This document shows, one piece after another, positions 17,034 to 26,914 of a stretch of DNA of 58,378 nucleotides. The notes under the pieces are model-generated. The model ran no database searches. It saw only the letters and a program-made list of their open reading frames with translations, and was not told the origin of the DNA. Position 1 is the first letter of the stretch. Every line of letters begins with the position of its first letter. The DNA comes from Candidatus Dormiibacterota bacterium (GTDB taxonomy: Bacteria > Chloroflexota > Dormibacteria > CF-121), in assembly GCA_036513555.1 (NCBI GenBank), contig DATBYU010000140.1:1-58378 (forward strand). Reading direction: 5' to 3'. A program made the translations under genes and the position numbers.

Positions 17034-17768
17034 ATGCCAAGCTCGCGATTAGTTCACGCTAACACTACAACCCGTCCGCCCTCGGAGGTCATCGCCCACT
17101 ACCTCGAGGCCATTTTTTACATCCGCGCGGAGGGCGAACCGGTGCGCAGCGCCCGACTGGCGGACTGGCTGTCGGTGAGCCGGCCCACGGTGACGGTGGC
17201 GCTGCGACGGATGACCCGCGACGGGATGGTGCGCCTCAACGCGCACAAGGAGATCGAGTTGACGGCGCGGGGCGACGACGCGGCGGCGGCCATCGTGCGG
17301 CGGCACCGCATCATGGAGCGGTGGCTGACCGATGTGCTCGGGCTCGACTGGGTAACGGCCGATGCCGAGGCCGAGCGCCTGGAACACGCGGTGTCGGAGG
17401 TGGTGGAGGAGACGCTCTACCGAAGCCTTGGACGACCGAAGACCTGCCCGCACGGTAACCCGATCCCCGGGCATTCGACGATGCGGGCGAACGAACTTCG
17501 CCTGTCGGCGCTTCGGCCTGGCGACACCGGGACGATCACCCGGATCTCAGAGGTGGCGCAGCGGGAAGCCCCGCCGCTGCTGCAGTACCTTCACGACCGA
17601 GGCCTCCACCCCGGAACGCGGATCACGGTCGAGGAGGTCGACGAGGTCGGCCGCACGATACAGCTTCGGGCGGCCCGCAGGCTGACGCTCAGCACTGAGA
17701 CCGCCTCGAAGCTATCGGTCGTGCGTTCTGTTAAGCCGAAACCGAGACGGGCTTCCGCTCCTCGCTGA
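17034..17768 (+). CDS. DtxR/MntR/IdeR-family metal-dependent regulator with a C-terminal FeoA/SH3-like domain
   Basis: YLEAIFYIRAEGEPVRSARLADWLSVSRPTVTVALRRMTRDGMV (HTH), a dimerisation/metal-site region (RRHRIMERWL..E..EH) and a C-terminal FeoA-like domain (LRPGDTGTITRI...GLHPGTRITVEEV). Confidence 0.85.
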   Translation: MPSSRLVHANTTTRPPSEVIAHYLEAIFYIRAEGEPVRSARLADWLSVSRPTVTVALRRMTRDGMVRLNAHKEIELTARGDDAAAAIVRRHRIMERWLTDVLGLDWVTADAEAERLEHAVSEVVEETLYRSLGRPKTCPHGNPIPGHSTMRANELRLSALRPGDTGTITRISEVAQREAPPLLQYLHDRGLHPGTRITVEEVDEVGRTIQLRAARRLTLSTETASKLSVVRSVKPKPRRASAPR

Positions 17769-17868
17769 CGACGACCGGCTTGACCGTCGTATTTGAGCCC
17801 GGCAGCACCAGCCAGCCGCATAGGACGATCGCGCACGAGATCACCGCGATGACGGTTGTCGCATCCAT
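17731..17868 (-). CDS. 45-aa hydrophobic peptide downstream of amt, hypothetical (not separately in ORF track)
   Basis: ATG 17868 is preceded by AGGAG, 17 nt after the amt stop. Sequence MDATTVIAVISCAIVLCGWLVLPG..., with high third-position GC. It overlaps the convergent regulator's 3' end by 38 nt, which lowers confidence. Confidence 0.4.
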   Translation of the reverse strand: MDATTVIAVISCAIVLCGWLVLPGSNTTVKPVVVSEERKPVSVSA

Positions 17869-17885
17869 TGTCTTTCTCCTTCTTC

Positions 17886-19112
17886 CTAAAGGGCGTACGC
17901 GGGTTCGCCGTGTTGCGAGATGTCGAGGCCGAGGAGTTCTTCCTCTTCCTGAACGCGAAGCGGGACGAACAGGTTGACGACTTTGAGGATGACGAAGGTG
18001 CCGACGGCAGCCCAGCCCCACGCGGCGCCGATCGCCGCCAGCTGAATCAGGACCTGCTTCGGGTTGCCGTAGAAGAGACCGTTCGCAGCACTCGAGTTGA
18101 TGGCGACGGTGGCAAAGAGCCCAGTGGCAAGCGCGCCCCAGGTGCCGCCGATACCGTGAACCGCCCAGACGTCGAGGGCATCGTCGACGTGGATCCGCTC
18201 GCGCAACTGAATAGCCGCGTAGCAGACCACACCGGCGCCGAATCCGATCACGATCGCGCCCATCACGTTGACATACCCGGAGGCGGGCGTGATCGCCACC
18301 AGCCCGGCCACCGCCCCGGCCGCGGCGCCCAGGACGCTTGGCTGCCGCTTGTGCCACCAGCTGACCGTCATCCACGTCAAGGCGGCCATGGCGGTCGCGG
18401 TATTGGTCACAACGAAGGCGCTGGTTGCCAGGCTGCCCGCCGTGACGGCGCTTCCCGCGTTGAAGCCGAACCAGCCGAACCACAACAGGCAGGCGCCGAG
18501 GATCGTCATGGTGGCGTCGTGTGGCTCGACCTTCTCCTTGCCAAAGCCCAGCCGCCGCCCGAGGACGAGCGCCGCCACGAGGGCCGAGACGCCCGAGCTG
18601 ATGTGCACGACTGTCCCGCCGGCGAAGTCGAGCGCGCCAAGGTTGTGCAGCCATCCGCCGGCCCCCCAGACCCAATGCGCGATCGGGTCATAGACGAATG
18701 TCGCCCAGAGCAACGAGAAGAGTACGAAGGCCTTGAATCGCTGGCGTTCCGCGAAGGCGCCGCTGATCAGCGCCGGCGTGATCACGGCGAACATCATTTG
18801 AAAAACCATATAAGCCTGGTGTGGGATGGTGGGCGCGTAATCGGCGTTAGGCGTGAAGCCCACGTTGTTGAGGCCGATCCACTCGAGCCCGCCGATCAGG
18901 TGGAACTTGTCGGGTCCGAACGCAAGGCTATAGCCCCAAAGGACCCATTGGACACTGATGAGGCACAGGATGAAAAAGCTGTGCATGATGGTCGACAGCA
19001 CGTTCTTACGACGGACGAGCCCGCCGTAGAAGAATCCGAGTGCTGGCGTCATCAGCATGACGAGAGCGGCCGACGCGAGGACCCAGGCGGTATCGCCGCT
19101 GTCGATCTTCAT
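17886..19112 (-). CDS. amt: ammonium transporter (Amt family)
   Basis: [34 protein letters not shown] and [11 protein letters not shown] are Amt signatures; 11 TM segments. Confidence 0.95.
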   Translation of the reverse strand: MKIDSGDTAWVLASAALVMLMTPALGFFYGGLVRRKNVLSTIMHSFFILCLISVQWVLWGYSLAFGPDKFHLIGGLEWIGLNNVGFTPNADYAPTIPHQAYMVFQMMFAVITPALISGAFAERQRFKAFVLFSLLWATFVYDPIAHWVWGAGGWLHNLGALDFAGGTVVHISSGVSALVAALVLGRRLGFGKEKVEPHDATMTILGACLLWFGWFGFNAGSAVTAGSLATSAFVVTNTATAMAALTWMTVSWWHKRQPSVLGAAAGAVAGLVAITPASGYVNVMGAIVIGFGAGVVCYAAIQLRERIHVDDALDVWAVHGIGGTWGALATGLFATVAINSSAANGLFYGNPKQVLIQLAAIGAAWGWAAVGTFVILKVVNLFVPLRVQEEEELLGLDISQHGEPAYAL

Positions 19113-19336
19113 TTCGCCAATCTCCGGTTTGTCAAAACTTCCCTCCTGAGTGCGTTTTCACGCGCGTAAGTAACCGCGCCCTTCAGGTTGGGAAGCGTAG
19201 CGCTGCGAGGTGGCCTTCGATAATGTCGCAAGCGCACGAAGATTCCCAGCTCGGTTTGTATGCGCTGTCTGAGCCCCACTGCACAATGCGCGGCCGTAAA
19301 TTTATTGCGGCGCGCACAAAATCGCGCGTCGACGGT

Positions 19337-20008
19337 TCAGGCGGTGGTCTGGTGCCAGGTCCGGTTGTCGTGGCAGAAGTGGATGGCGGCGGGCTCGAGC
19401 CGTCGGATCTTCTCGAGCGATCGGTCAAACGTCGGGACGTCCTCCATCATCCCTTCGCGGGGAGCCTCACCTTCGAACATCTCGACCGTCCAGCAAGCAT
19501 CGCCGGTCATCAGGGCCGGACCCTCGGTGGTGTCGACCTGGATGCTCTGGTGGCCGGGGGTATGCCCCGGCGTGGTGACGGTCCGGACGCCGGGCACGAT
19601 CTCCCGCTCGCCGTCGAGCAGCTCCCAGCGGGCGCCCGCGTAGTTCAGCCACTCGACGACGGTGTAGTCCGGGTCCTCGCGGCGCTCGTATTCCGCTCGC
19701 TGCACGTAAAGCGGCGCGTGAGGGAAAACGGCGTTCTGGCCGCAATGGTCGAAGTGCAAGTGGGAGTTGACGATCCAGCGAATGTCGGAGGGGTCGACAT
19801 CGTGGGGGCGGAGCGCCGCCGCAACTGGCGCATTCACCGCTCGGTAGTCTTTGATGAGCTCCGTGTTGTTGCCGTAGCCGGTGTCGATGATGCCGGCGCC
19901 CGAAGGGTGCTTCACGAGGAAGCCGTGGACCGGGATTGTGAATTTCAATCTGGGCAAATAGAGATGTCCGAGGTCGAGTCGCACAATCGCCGACGGCGCC
20001 AACTGCAC
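19337..20008 (-). CDS. MBL-fold metallo-hydrolase (lactonase-like)
   Basis: HxHxDH motif in NSHLHFDHCGQN and TPGHTPGH. Confidence 0.8.
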   Translation of the reverse strand: MQLAPSAIVRLDLGHLYLPRLKFTIPVHGFLVKHPSGAGIIDTGYGNNTELIKDYRAVNAPVAAALRPHDVDPSDIRWIVNSHLHFDHCGQNAVFPHAPLYVQRAEYERREDPDYTVVEWLNYAGARWELLDGEREIVPGVRTVTTPGHTPGHQSIQVDTTEGPALMTGDACWTVEMFEGEAPREGMMEDVPTFDRSLEKIRRLEPAAIHFCHDNRTWHQTTA

Positions 20009-20029
20009 CGCGTGATGCTACAGCGGGCT

Positions 20030-21277
20030 CTAGGCCTTCAACAGCGGCAGGATCTCGTAGTTACCGCCCAACAGCTCAGACGCGGGCGCATTCAGGTATC
20101 CCTGCAGAACGGACGCATAGACCGAACGGAAGTCGGTAGTGAACTTGAGATTGCCGTTGTCGAGCGCGCTGAGGCTCGGCTGCTGGCCGTACAGGCCGCC
20201 CTTCACGGGCGCGCCCAGCAGGAACATCGGGGCGGCGGTGCCATGGTCGGTCCCGGCGCTGCCATTCTCTTTGACCCGCCGGCCGAATTCCGACCAGGTC
20301 ATGACCAGCACCTTGTCGCCGAACCCATGACCCGCCAGGTCCTGCATGAAGGCGGCCAGCGCCTGGTCGAGATCGAGCAGCAGCTTGTCGTGGACCGGCT
20401 TCTCTTTTGAGTGGTTGTCGAAACCGCCCAGGGTGACGTGCGCCACGCGCACGCCCAGTCCCGAGACGATCGTCTCCGCCACCAGCTTGAGCGAGCTCGC
20501 GATCGGGCTCCTGGCCGGATAGGTGGCTTTCGCCTGGTAGGTCGCATCGGTCGTGCGCAACGCGTGCGACGCCTGCAGCGCCTCTTGGAGCGTGGTGTCG
20601 AGCAGGGCGCCGAACGGTGCGGGACCTGCCGTCTTGAAGGCGCCGTAGAACTTCATCACCGGGTTCTCGACGTCTACCTGGGTCCCGTGCTCGTTGACCG
20701 GCTGCAGGCGGAACGTTTGCAGCGACTGGAGTGCCGTCACGGGCGTCTTCGAGCGCAATTCCGGTGGCACCAGGGAGCCGGCGCTCACGCCTTCGAGAGC
20801 GTGGTTCGGGCTCTCACCCACCTGGTCGAGGTAATTGAGGTAGCGTCCCAGCCAGCCGTCGCCGATACCGCCCTGGACACTGGCGGTCTCCCAGATCGAC
20901 ATCGAGGCGAAGTGCGACAGGTTGGGGTGCGGATACCCGACGCCCTGGACGATCGCCAGCTGCCCCGCGTCCCAGCTGGCCTTCAGCCCCTTGAGGTTCG
21001 GATGCAAGCCGAGCTGGTTGTTGAGTGTCAGCACGCCGGTGTCCTGCCGGAGCGTCGGCCGCGCGTCGTGATAGGCGCCGTCCTGGAACGGAATCAGCGT
21101 GTTGAGACCGTCGTTTCCACCGGCCAGCTGGACCAGCACGAGGATCCGGCCGTTGGGGGTCGCCTGGGGCGAGTCCGCGGCGGCGGCCGCCACGCCGTTG
21201 GCGAAGATGCTCGGCACCGCTGATCCGGCAAACACCGGCAGCAGGCCCTGCTTGATGAAATCGCGGCGGCTAAACAT
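20030..21277 (-). CDS. DUF1501 domain protein (sulfatase-like fold), Tat-signal
   Basis: Twin-arginine leader MFSRRDFIKQGL, plus LAGGNDGLNTLIP, GGFDNHS and SEFGRR..ENGSAGTDHG. Confidence 0.85.
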   Translation of the reverse strand: MFSRRDFIKQGLLPVFAGSAVPSIFANGVAAAAADSPQATPNGRILVLVQLAGGNDGLNTLIPFQDGAYHDARPTLRQDTGVLTLNNQLGLHPNLKGLKASWDAGQLAIVQGVGYPHPNLSHFASMSIWETASVQGGIGDGWLGRYLNYLDQVGESPNHALEGVSAGSLVPPELRSKTPVTALQSLQTFRLQPVNEHGTQVDVENPVMKFYGAFKTAGPAPFGALLDTTLQEALQASHALRTTDATYQAKATYPARSPIASSLKLVAETIVSGLGVRVAHVTLGGFDNHSKEKPVHDKLLLDLDQALAAFMQDLAGHGFGDKVLVMTWSEFGRRVKENGSAGTDHGTAAPMFLLGAPVKGGLYGQQPSLSALDNGNLKFTTDFRSVYASVLQGYLNAPASELLGGNYEILPLLKA

Positions 21278-21292
21278 GGGTGCTCATCTCCA

Positions 21293-22816
21293 TCAGTTCA
21301 GTTGAAACTCCGGCGTCGCCATCGCCATGAATAGCAGGCCGGCGTGGTCGTCCGGATGCGCGGTCGCAAAGGCGTGCAGGCCATCCCGCGTGGTGCTCGT
21401 GACGTTCCCGTCGAGCACGGTGGCCGTGACCTTATCGACGGTTTGCGCCGGCGACGCCGCCGCCGCGCGGCGCGCCGCCGCGTTCGCGAAGTTGATCCGG
21501 TTGAGCAGCGTCGAGCTGTTGATCCACGAGGTGCCGCCCGGCCAGCCGGCCACATTCGGCGGATAAAAGAGCACCTGACCCATCGGCGCCATCGCATTGG
21601 CGGCCGCGAGGAACCCCTTGGCATCGGCGCCGGTCGTGCGCAGGGTCTGGGCCGTCAGTTCGGCCGGGCTCTTGACCAGCGCGCGATAAGCCTTCGCTGA
21701 GTAGAAGGCGTCCATGCTGAAAACTTCGCGGACAACCGCGCCCACGTTGTAGTGGGATTTTTGGAAGGTGTCAGCGAGGTGATGGACGATCTCCGGCTCG
21801 GGGTTCGGGTAGGCGAAGAAGCTGAACAAACGGGTAGAGAGCCGCTCGGCGGTAGCCCGGAGCGGCACCAGCATCTCGACGATGTCGTCGCCGGTGAAGT
21901 TCCCGGTCTTGCCCATGAAGGTCTTTTGCCCGCTGTCGAAGTAGCGAGCGTTGAAGACCGACTGCATCGTGTAGCGGAGCTGCGTGCCACCTTTGAGCGT
22001 CCAGCCGGTAAAGGCGCGGGCCGATTCGCGGACGTCGTCCTCGGTGTAGTGGCCGATGCCGGTGGTGAAGAGCTCCATCAGCTCTCGGGCATAGTTCTCG
22101 TTGGGCTTGCCCTTGCGGTTGTTCTCCGTGTCGAGGTAGACCATCATCGCCGGGTCTTTCGACACCGCCTTGAGCAAATCGTCGAAGTTGGCGAGCGCCA
22201 TCTTCCGAAACAGCACATTCTGCACGTACATCTGGCCAGCACCGGATTTGTCGAGCCCGCTGGTCAGCAGGCCGTGCCAGAAGAGGGTCATCTTCTCTTC
22301 GAGGGGCCGGGCCGTCTGCACCATGCGTTGCAACCACCAGGCCTGCACCGCGCCTGCGGTCGGACCCTTAGCCGAGGTGAGGTCGAGCGTGGGAAGCTGG
22401 CCGTCGAGGCTTGCATTCGAGATCTGCTGGTAGTCCAGCACCGATTGAGTCATCATCGTGCTGGTCATCGCGGCGAGCCGATCGATCTCCGACGCCGTGC
22501 CGCCGAAGCCGGCCCGACGGAGGAGGTGGGCGGCGCGAACCCGCGGGCTGCTCATGGCTCCCTGGTAGTCATGCGTGAGATCACGCACCCGGTTGAGGAT
22601 CTGTGACAGGTCGGTGCCCTTCCAGAGAACGGCCAGCGCAGCGGCCCCAGCACCGGCGGCGCCGGTTGCCAGCACGACCCGACGCGAAACCGGCCGCCGC
22701 CAGATCGGCGTTGATCTCGTTGCGAGTGGCGAATTCGGTGTGGCGTCGTCCATCTTCATTGGTAAGGCTAGGGCCGTGATTTGAATCCGGCCTGAGAGGC
22801 CCCTTAGAAGGTTCAA
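21293..22816 (-). CDS. DUF1800 domain protein
   Basis: HLLRRAGFGG and TLFWHGLLTS motifs, in the usual pairing upstream of DUF1501. Start is uncertain: TTG 22816, or ATG 22759 (MKMDD...) followed by an RRVVLATGAAGAGAAA signal-like segment. Confidence 0.8.
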   Translation of the reverse strand: MNLLRGLSGRIQITALALPMKMDDATPNSPLATRSTPIWRRPVSRRVVLATGAAGAGAAALAVLWKGTDLSQILNRVRDLTHDYQGAMSSPRVRAAHLLRRAGFGGTASEIDRLAAMTSTMMTQSVLDYQQISNASLDGQLPTLDLTSAKGPTAGAVQAWWLQRMVQTARPLEEKMTLFWHGLLTSGLDKSGAGQMYVQNVLFRKMALANFDDLLKAVSKDPAMMVYLDTENNRKGKPNENYARELMELFTTGIGHYTEDDVRESARAFTGWTLKGGTQLRYTMQSVFNARYFDSGQKTFMGKTGNFTGDDIVEMLVPLRATAERLSTRLFSFFAYPNPEPEIVHHLADTFQKSHYNVGAVVREVFSMDAFYSAKAYRALVKSPAELTAQTLRTTGADAKGFLAAANAMAPMGQVLFYPPNVAGWPGGTSWINSSTLLNRINFANAAARRAAAASPAQTVDKVTATVLDGNVTSTTRDGLHAFATAHPDDHAGLLFMAMATPEFQLN

Positions 22817-22855
22817 CGCCGGTTCGCCACCCGCTCCGGCGACCGCTAGTTGGCG

Positions 22856-22978
22856 CTAGTAGCCAGGCCGCGAAGTGCTCGAGGCGCCGCCCGAGCCGGA
22901 GCCGTTGGAGGAGCCGCAGCCGGCGATCCCGCCGACCAGCAGCATCAGGGAGACCACGAAAACGAGCACGCGTTTCAT
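22856..22978 (-). CDS. 40-aa lipoprotein-like peptide (not in ORF track)
   Basis: MKRVLVFVVSLMLLVGGIAGCGSSNGSGSGGASSTSRPGY. Lipobox IAGC and high third-position GC. Confidence 0.5.
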   Translation of the reverse strand: MKRVLVFVVSLMLLVGGIAGCGSSNGSGSGGASSTSRPGY

Positions 22979-23069
22979 CGCCCTAAGCTACGGCGTCAGG
23001 TTACGCTTGGCGCCGGTTGGATGGGCGTCCATATACTGGCTAAATAGCGAACCCCGGTAGGAGGCGATC

Positions 23070-26000
23070 TTGGCCCAGCCGGTCTCGCGCGAATCGATCG
23101 AAAAGGAACCCCGCATTCGCCGTGCAGACAAGGCGGTCGCCTCCGTCTGCCCCTACTGCGCGGTCGGCTGCAGTCAGCTGATCTACGTCAAGGACAAGCG
23201 CATCATCGACATCGAGGGAAATCCCGCCTCGCCCATCAACGAAGGCACGCTGTGCCCGAAGGGCGCGGCAACCTATCAATATGTCGTCAATCCCAATCGG
23301 GTCACCACGGTGCGATACCGGGCGCCCCACTCTGACCACTGGGAAGACCGGCCACTCGACTGGGCGATGGACCGCGTCGCCACTCTCATCAAAGAGACGC
23401 GCGACGCCACCTTCGTCGAGCGCACGCCCAATGGCACGCTGGTCAACCAGACGACGGCGATTGCGACCCTGGGCGGGGCGACGATGGACATCGAAGAGAA
23501 CTACCTGATCAAGAAGCTTTTCAGCGGTGGCCTGGGCGTCGTGTCGATCGAAAACCAGGCCCGGATATGACATAGCTCCACCGTCCCCGGTCTGGGGACA
23601 AGCTTCGGACGAGGTGGGGCGACCACCTTCCAGCAAGACCTGGCCAACGCCGATGCCATCCTGATCATGGGCAGCAACATGGCCGAGAACCACCCGGTCG
23701 GCTTTCGCTGGCCGATGAAGGCCCGTGAAAAGGGAGCCACGATCATCCACGTCGATCCCCGATTCACGCGCACCTCAGCGTCCGCCAACCTCTACGTGCC
23801 GATCCGATCCGGCAGCGACATCGCGTTTCTCGGGGGCCTCATCAATTACGTGCTGACGCACGACAAATGGTTCAAGGAATATGTCCTCGCCTATACCAAC
23901 GCCTCAACGATCGTCAGCGAGGACTTCGTCGATGCCGAAGACAACGGCGGCCTGTTCTCTGGATATGATTCGCAATCAGGCAGCTACGACAACGCCAGCT
24001 GGACCTACGCCGGCGGCAGCCCGACCGAGCACCAGCCCACGCGCGACGAAACCCTGCAGCACCCTCGCTGTGTCTTCCAGATCCTCAAGCGCCACTACGC
24101 GCGGTATACCGCCGAGATGGTGGAGCGGGTTTGTGGCTCGCCGAAAGAGCTCTTTCTCCAGGTGGCCGAGGTGCTCGCCGCGAATTCCGGGCGCGAGCGG
24201 ACGAGCGCCATCGCCTATGCGGTCGGCTGGACCCAGCAAAGCTACGGTGCGCAGATCATTCGCGCCGCCGCCATCCTGCAGTTGCTGCTGGGCAACATCG
24301 GTCGCCCTGGCGGCGGCATCATGGCGCTGCGCGGCCACGCATCGATCCAGGGATCGACGGACGTGCCCACGCTCTTCGACCTGCTGCCCGGCTATCTCCC
24401 GCACCCGGCGGTGGTCAAGGGCGATGACACGCTCGAGCATTACATGCGCGAGTCAGGCAACAGAGGCGGCTATTGGTCGAACCTGCCGAAATTCATGGTG
24501 TCATTGCTGAAAGCGTGGTACGGGGACGCGGCCACCAACGCGAATGAATACGGCTATCAATGGATTCCCAAGTTGACGGGCGACCATTCCCATGTCTCCA
24601 CCTCCGCCGCGATGGCGGACGGCAAGGTCAAAGGCTTTGTCGTCTTCGGCCAGAATCCGGCGAACGGGAGTCCCCACGCCGGCCTGCAGCGCAAAGCACT
24701 CACCCAGCTTGACTGGATGGTCGCGCTCGACCTCTACGAGACCGAGACCGCAGCTTTCTGGTACGCGGCTCCCGAAGGATGGAAGCCGGCCGATATCAAG
24801 ACGGAGGTCTTCCTCTTCCCGACGGCAGGCCCTGGCGAGAAAGAAGGGACCTTCACCAACACCCAGCGGCTTCTGCAATACCACGACAAGGCGGTCGATC
24901 CGCCCAACGACACCCGATCCGACCTCTGGTTTCTGTATCACCTGGGCCGGCGGCTGAAAGATCTCTACCGCGACTCGACAGAACCGCGCGACCAGGGATT
25001 GCGCAATCTGACCTGGAACTATCTCCCGGACCACCCCGATCCCGAATATCGGATCAAGGACGAGCCTTCGGCGGAGAAGGTCCTGATGGAAGTCAACGGC
25101 TACACCGTCGCCGACCACAAGCAGGTCCTCGATTACGAACGCCTGAAGGATGATGGCTCCACGGCCTGTGGCGTCTGGATCTACTCCGGTGTGTTTCCGG
25201 CGCCGGGTCAGAACATGGCGCGTCGGCGGAATCGCAGCCCGGATAACTACGTGGATCCGGAGTGGGGCTTCGCCTGGCCGGGCAACCGGCGCATCCTCTA
25301 TAACCGCGCCTCCGCGGACCCGGCCGGGAAGCCCTGGTCCGAGCGAAAGAAGTACGTCTGGTGGGACGCTGGCGCCGGGAGCTGGACCGGGCTCGACGTT
25401 GCCGATTTCCCGCTGAAAAAGGCTCCTGATACACCGGCGAAGGAGCAGGCGAGCGGGATCGAGCGGCACTCCGGCTCCGATCCGTTCACCCTAAAAGCCG
25501 ACGGTCGCGGCTGGCTCTTTGCGCCCACCGGGCTCAAGGACGGCCCACTGCCGACGCACTACGAGCCGCTGGAAACGCCAGTCCGCAATCTCCTATACCC
25601 GCGCCAGGACAGCCCGGTCGCCAAGCGTTTCCGTCGCCAGGACAACCCCATCAGTCCACCTGGCGACCCGCAGTACCCCTACGTCGTCACGACCTACCGC
25701 GTGACCGAGCAGTACACCTCCGGCGCGATGTCGCGCTGGAACAGCTGGCTCAGCGAGCTGATGCCCGAGATGTTCGCCGAGATCAGTCCCGAGCTGGCGA
25801 CCGAGAAGGGCATCGAAAATCTCGATTGGGTCGTGGTCTCCACGCCGCGCAACCAGATCGAGTGCAAGGCACTCGTCACCCGACGAATTCGCCCCTTCCG
25901 TCACAACGGAAAAGTGATTCATGAGGTTGGCCTGCCCTATCACTGGGGCTACAAAGGGCTGGTCACGGGCGCCATGGCGAACGACCTGGTGGCGCTCTCC

Positions 26001-26072
26001 GAGGAACCGAACGTCTACATCCAGGAAGACAAGGCCCTGACCTGCGACCTTCGAAAGGGGCGATTGCGATGA
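23070..26072 (+). CDS. fdhA: formate dehydrogenase alpha subunit (Mo/W-bis-PGD), selenocysteine-containing; in-frame UGA at 23568-23570
   Basis: Track ORFs 23070-23570 and 23667-26072 are in the same frame, and the stretch between them has no other stop. The context ENQARI-U-HSSTVPGLGTSFGRGG matches the FdnG/FdhF Sec site (QARVUHGPTV). N-terminal 4Fe-4S motif CPYCAVGC..C. TTG start after AGGAGG, with an in-frame TAG 12 nt upstream. Confidence 0.9.
23568..23599 (+). promoter_or_regulatory. UGA(Sec) plus bacterial SECIS hairpin
   Basis: GUCCCC-GGUCU-GGGGAC hairpin (23583-23599) begins 12 nt after the UGA. The apical loop carries GGUC, as in the E. coli fdhF SECIS (from memory). Confidence 0.75.
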
Positions 26073-26914
26073 TCGACGGCTACAAGCGCTTCATGAATCT
26101 CGAGGAGCCGCTGCCGCCGAAGAAAGCGAAAGGCTTCTTCACCGATACCAGCCTTTGCATCGGCTGCAAGGCGTGCGAAGTCGCCTGCAAGCAGTGGAAC
26201 CAGTTGCCCGCCGACGGATTCGTCATCACCGGCAACAGCTACGACAACACCGGTCACCTGGGTGCGACCACCTGGCGGCACGTCCAGTTCATCGAGCAGG
26301 CGAAGGCCAACGGCAACCGGCAGGAGCAGCGCTGGCTGATGATGTCGGACGTCTGTAAGCATTGCGCCAACGCGGCCTGCTTGGAGGCGTGCCCGACGGG
26401 CGCACTCGTGCGCACCGAATTCGACACCGTCTACGTCCAGCAGGACATCTGCAACGGCTGTGGCTTCTGCGTGCCGGCCTGCCCCTTCGGCGTCATCGAC
26501 CGCGTGCCCAAGGAGAGCACGTTCGAGGTGGGGACAGCCCATAAATGCACGCTCTGCTACGACCGGCTGAAGGATGACATGACCCCCGCCTGTGCGAAGT
26601 CGTGTCCGACCGCGTCGATCCAGTTCGGCGACGTCGAGGAGCTCCGGCGGCGTGCGCGGGAGCGTCTCGGCGAGCTGAAGGCACGAGGCGAGTCGACGGC
26701 GCGCCTTTACGGAATGCCGGAAGGGAAGGAGGCGTTGGAGGTCGGCCCGCTGCATGCCTTCTTCCTGCTGCTCGATAAGCCGCAGGCTTACAACCTGCCC
26801 GAGGTCCCGCGATTGCCCCGCACGACGATGGCGGAACGCTATGGGTGGAGCGCCGCCGTCGGGATCGGCTTTGCGATGGTCGCGGCCCTCGTGTTTCGCA
26901 GCGGCCGCCGATGA
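26069..26914 (+). CDS. fdhB: formate dehydrogenase iron-sulfur subunit (FdnH-like, 4x[4Fe-4S]) with a C-terminal TM
   Basis: CIGCKACEVACKQWN, CKHCANAACLEACP, CNGCGFCVPACP and CTLCYDRL..CAKSCP. C-terminal helix AAVGIGFAMVAALVF. ATGA overlap with the alpha subunit stop. Confidence 0.9.
   Translation: MIDGYKRFMNLEEPLPPKKAKGFFTDTSLCIGCKACEVACKQWNQLPADGFVITGNSYDNTGHLGATTWRHVQFIEQAKANGNRQEQRWLMMSDVCKHCANAACLEACPTGALVRTEFDTVYVQQDICNGCGFCVPACPFGVIDRVPKESTFEVGTAHKCTLCYDRLKDDMTPACAKSCPTASIQFGDVEELRRRARERLGELKARGESTARLYGMPEGKEALEVGPLHAFFLLLDKPQAYNLPEVPRLPRTTMAERYGWSAAVGIGFAMVAALVFRSGRR

Noticed and set aside
17731-19169. Long ORFs antisense to or overlapping amt (17731-18675 minus in another frame, 17856-19169 plus)
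   Set aside because: Their translations are Arg/Gly/Pro/Asp-rich low-complexity strings typical of off-frame reading in high-GC DNA. The Amt frame has unmistakable family motifs. Only the last 45 codons of 17731-18675, downstream of amt, were kept as a possible micro-ORF.
22765-22810. tRNA T-arm-like string (GATTTGAATCCGGCC) between the micro-lipoprotein ORF and DUF1800
   Set aside because: No acceptor stem, D-arm or anticodon arm can be folded around it. It contains only a short GGCCT-CTC-AGGCC-type hairpin.
22979-23069. Possible Moco riboswitch upstream of the formate dehydrogenase operon
   Set aside because: The leader is only ~90 nt, and I could not find the conserved Moco-motif core sequences or the multi-stem architecture.
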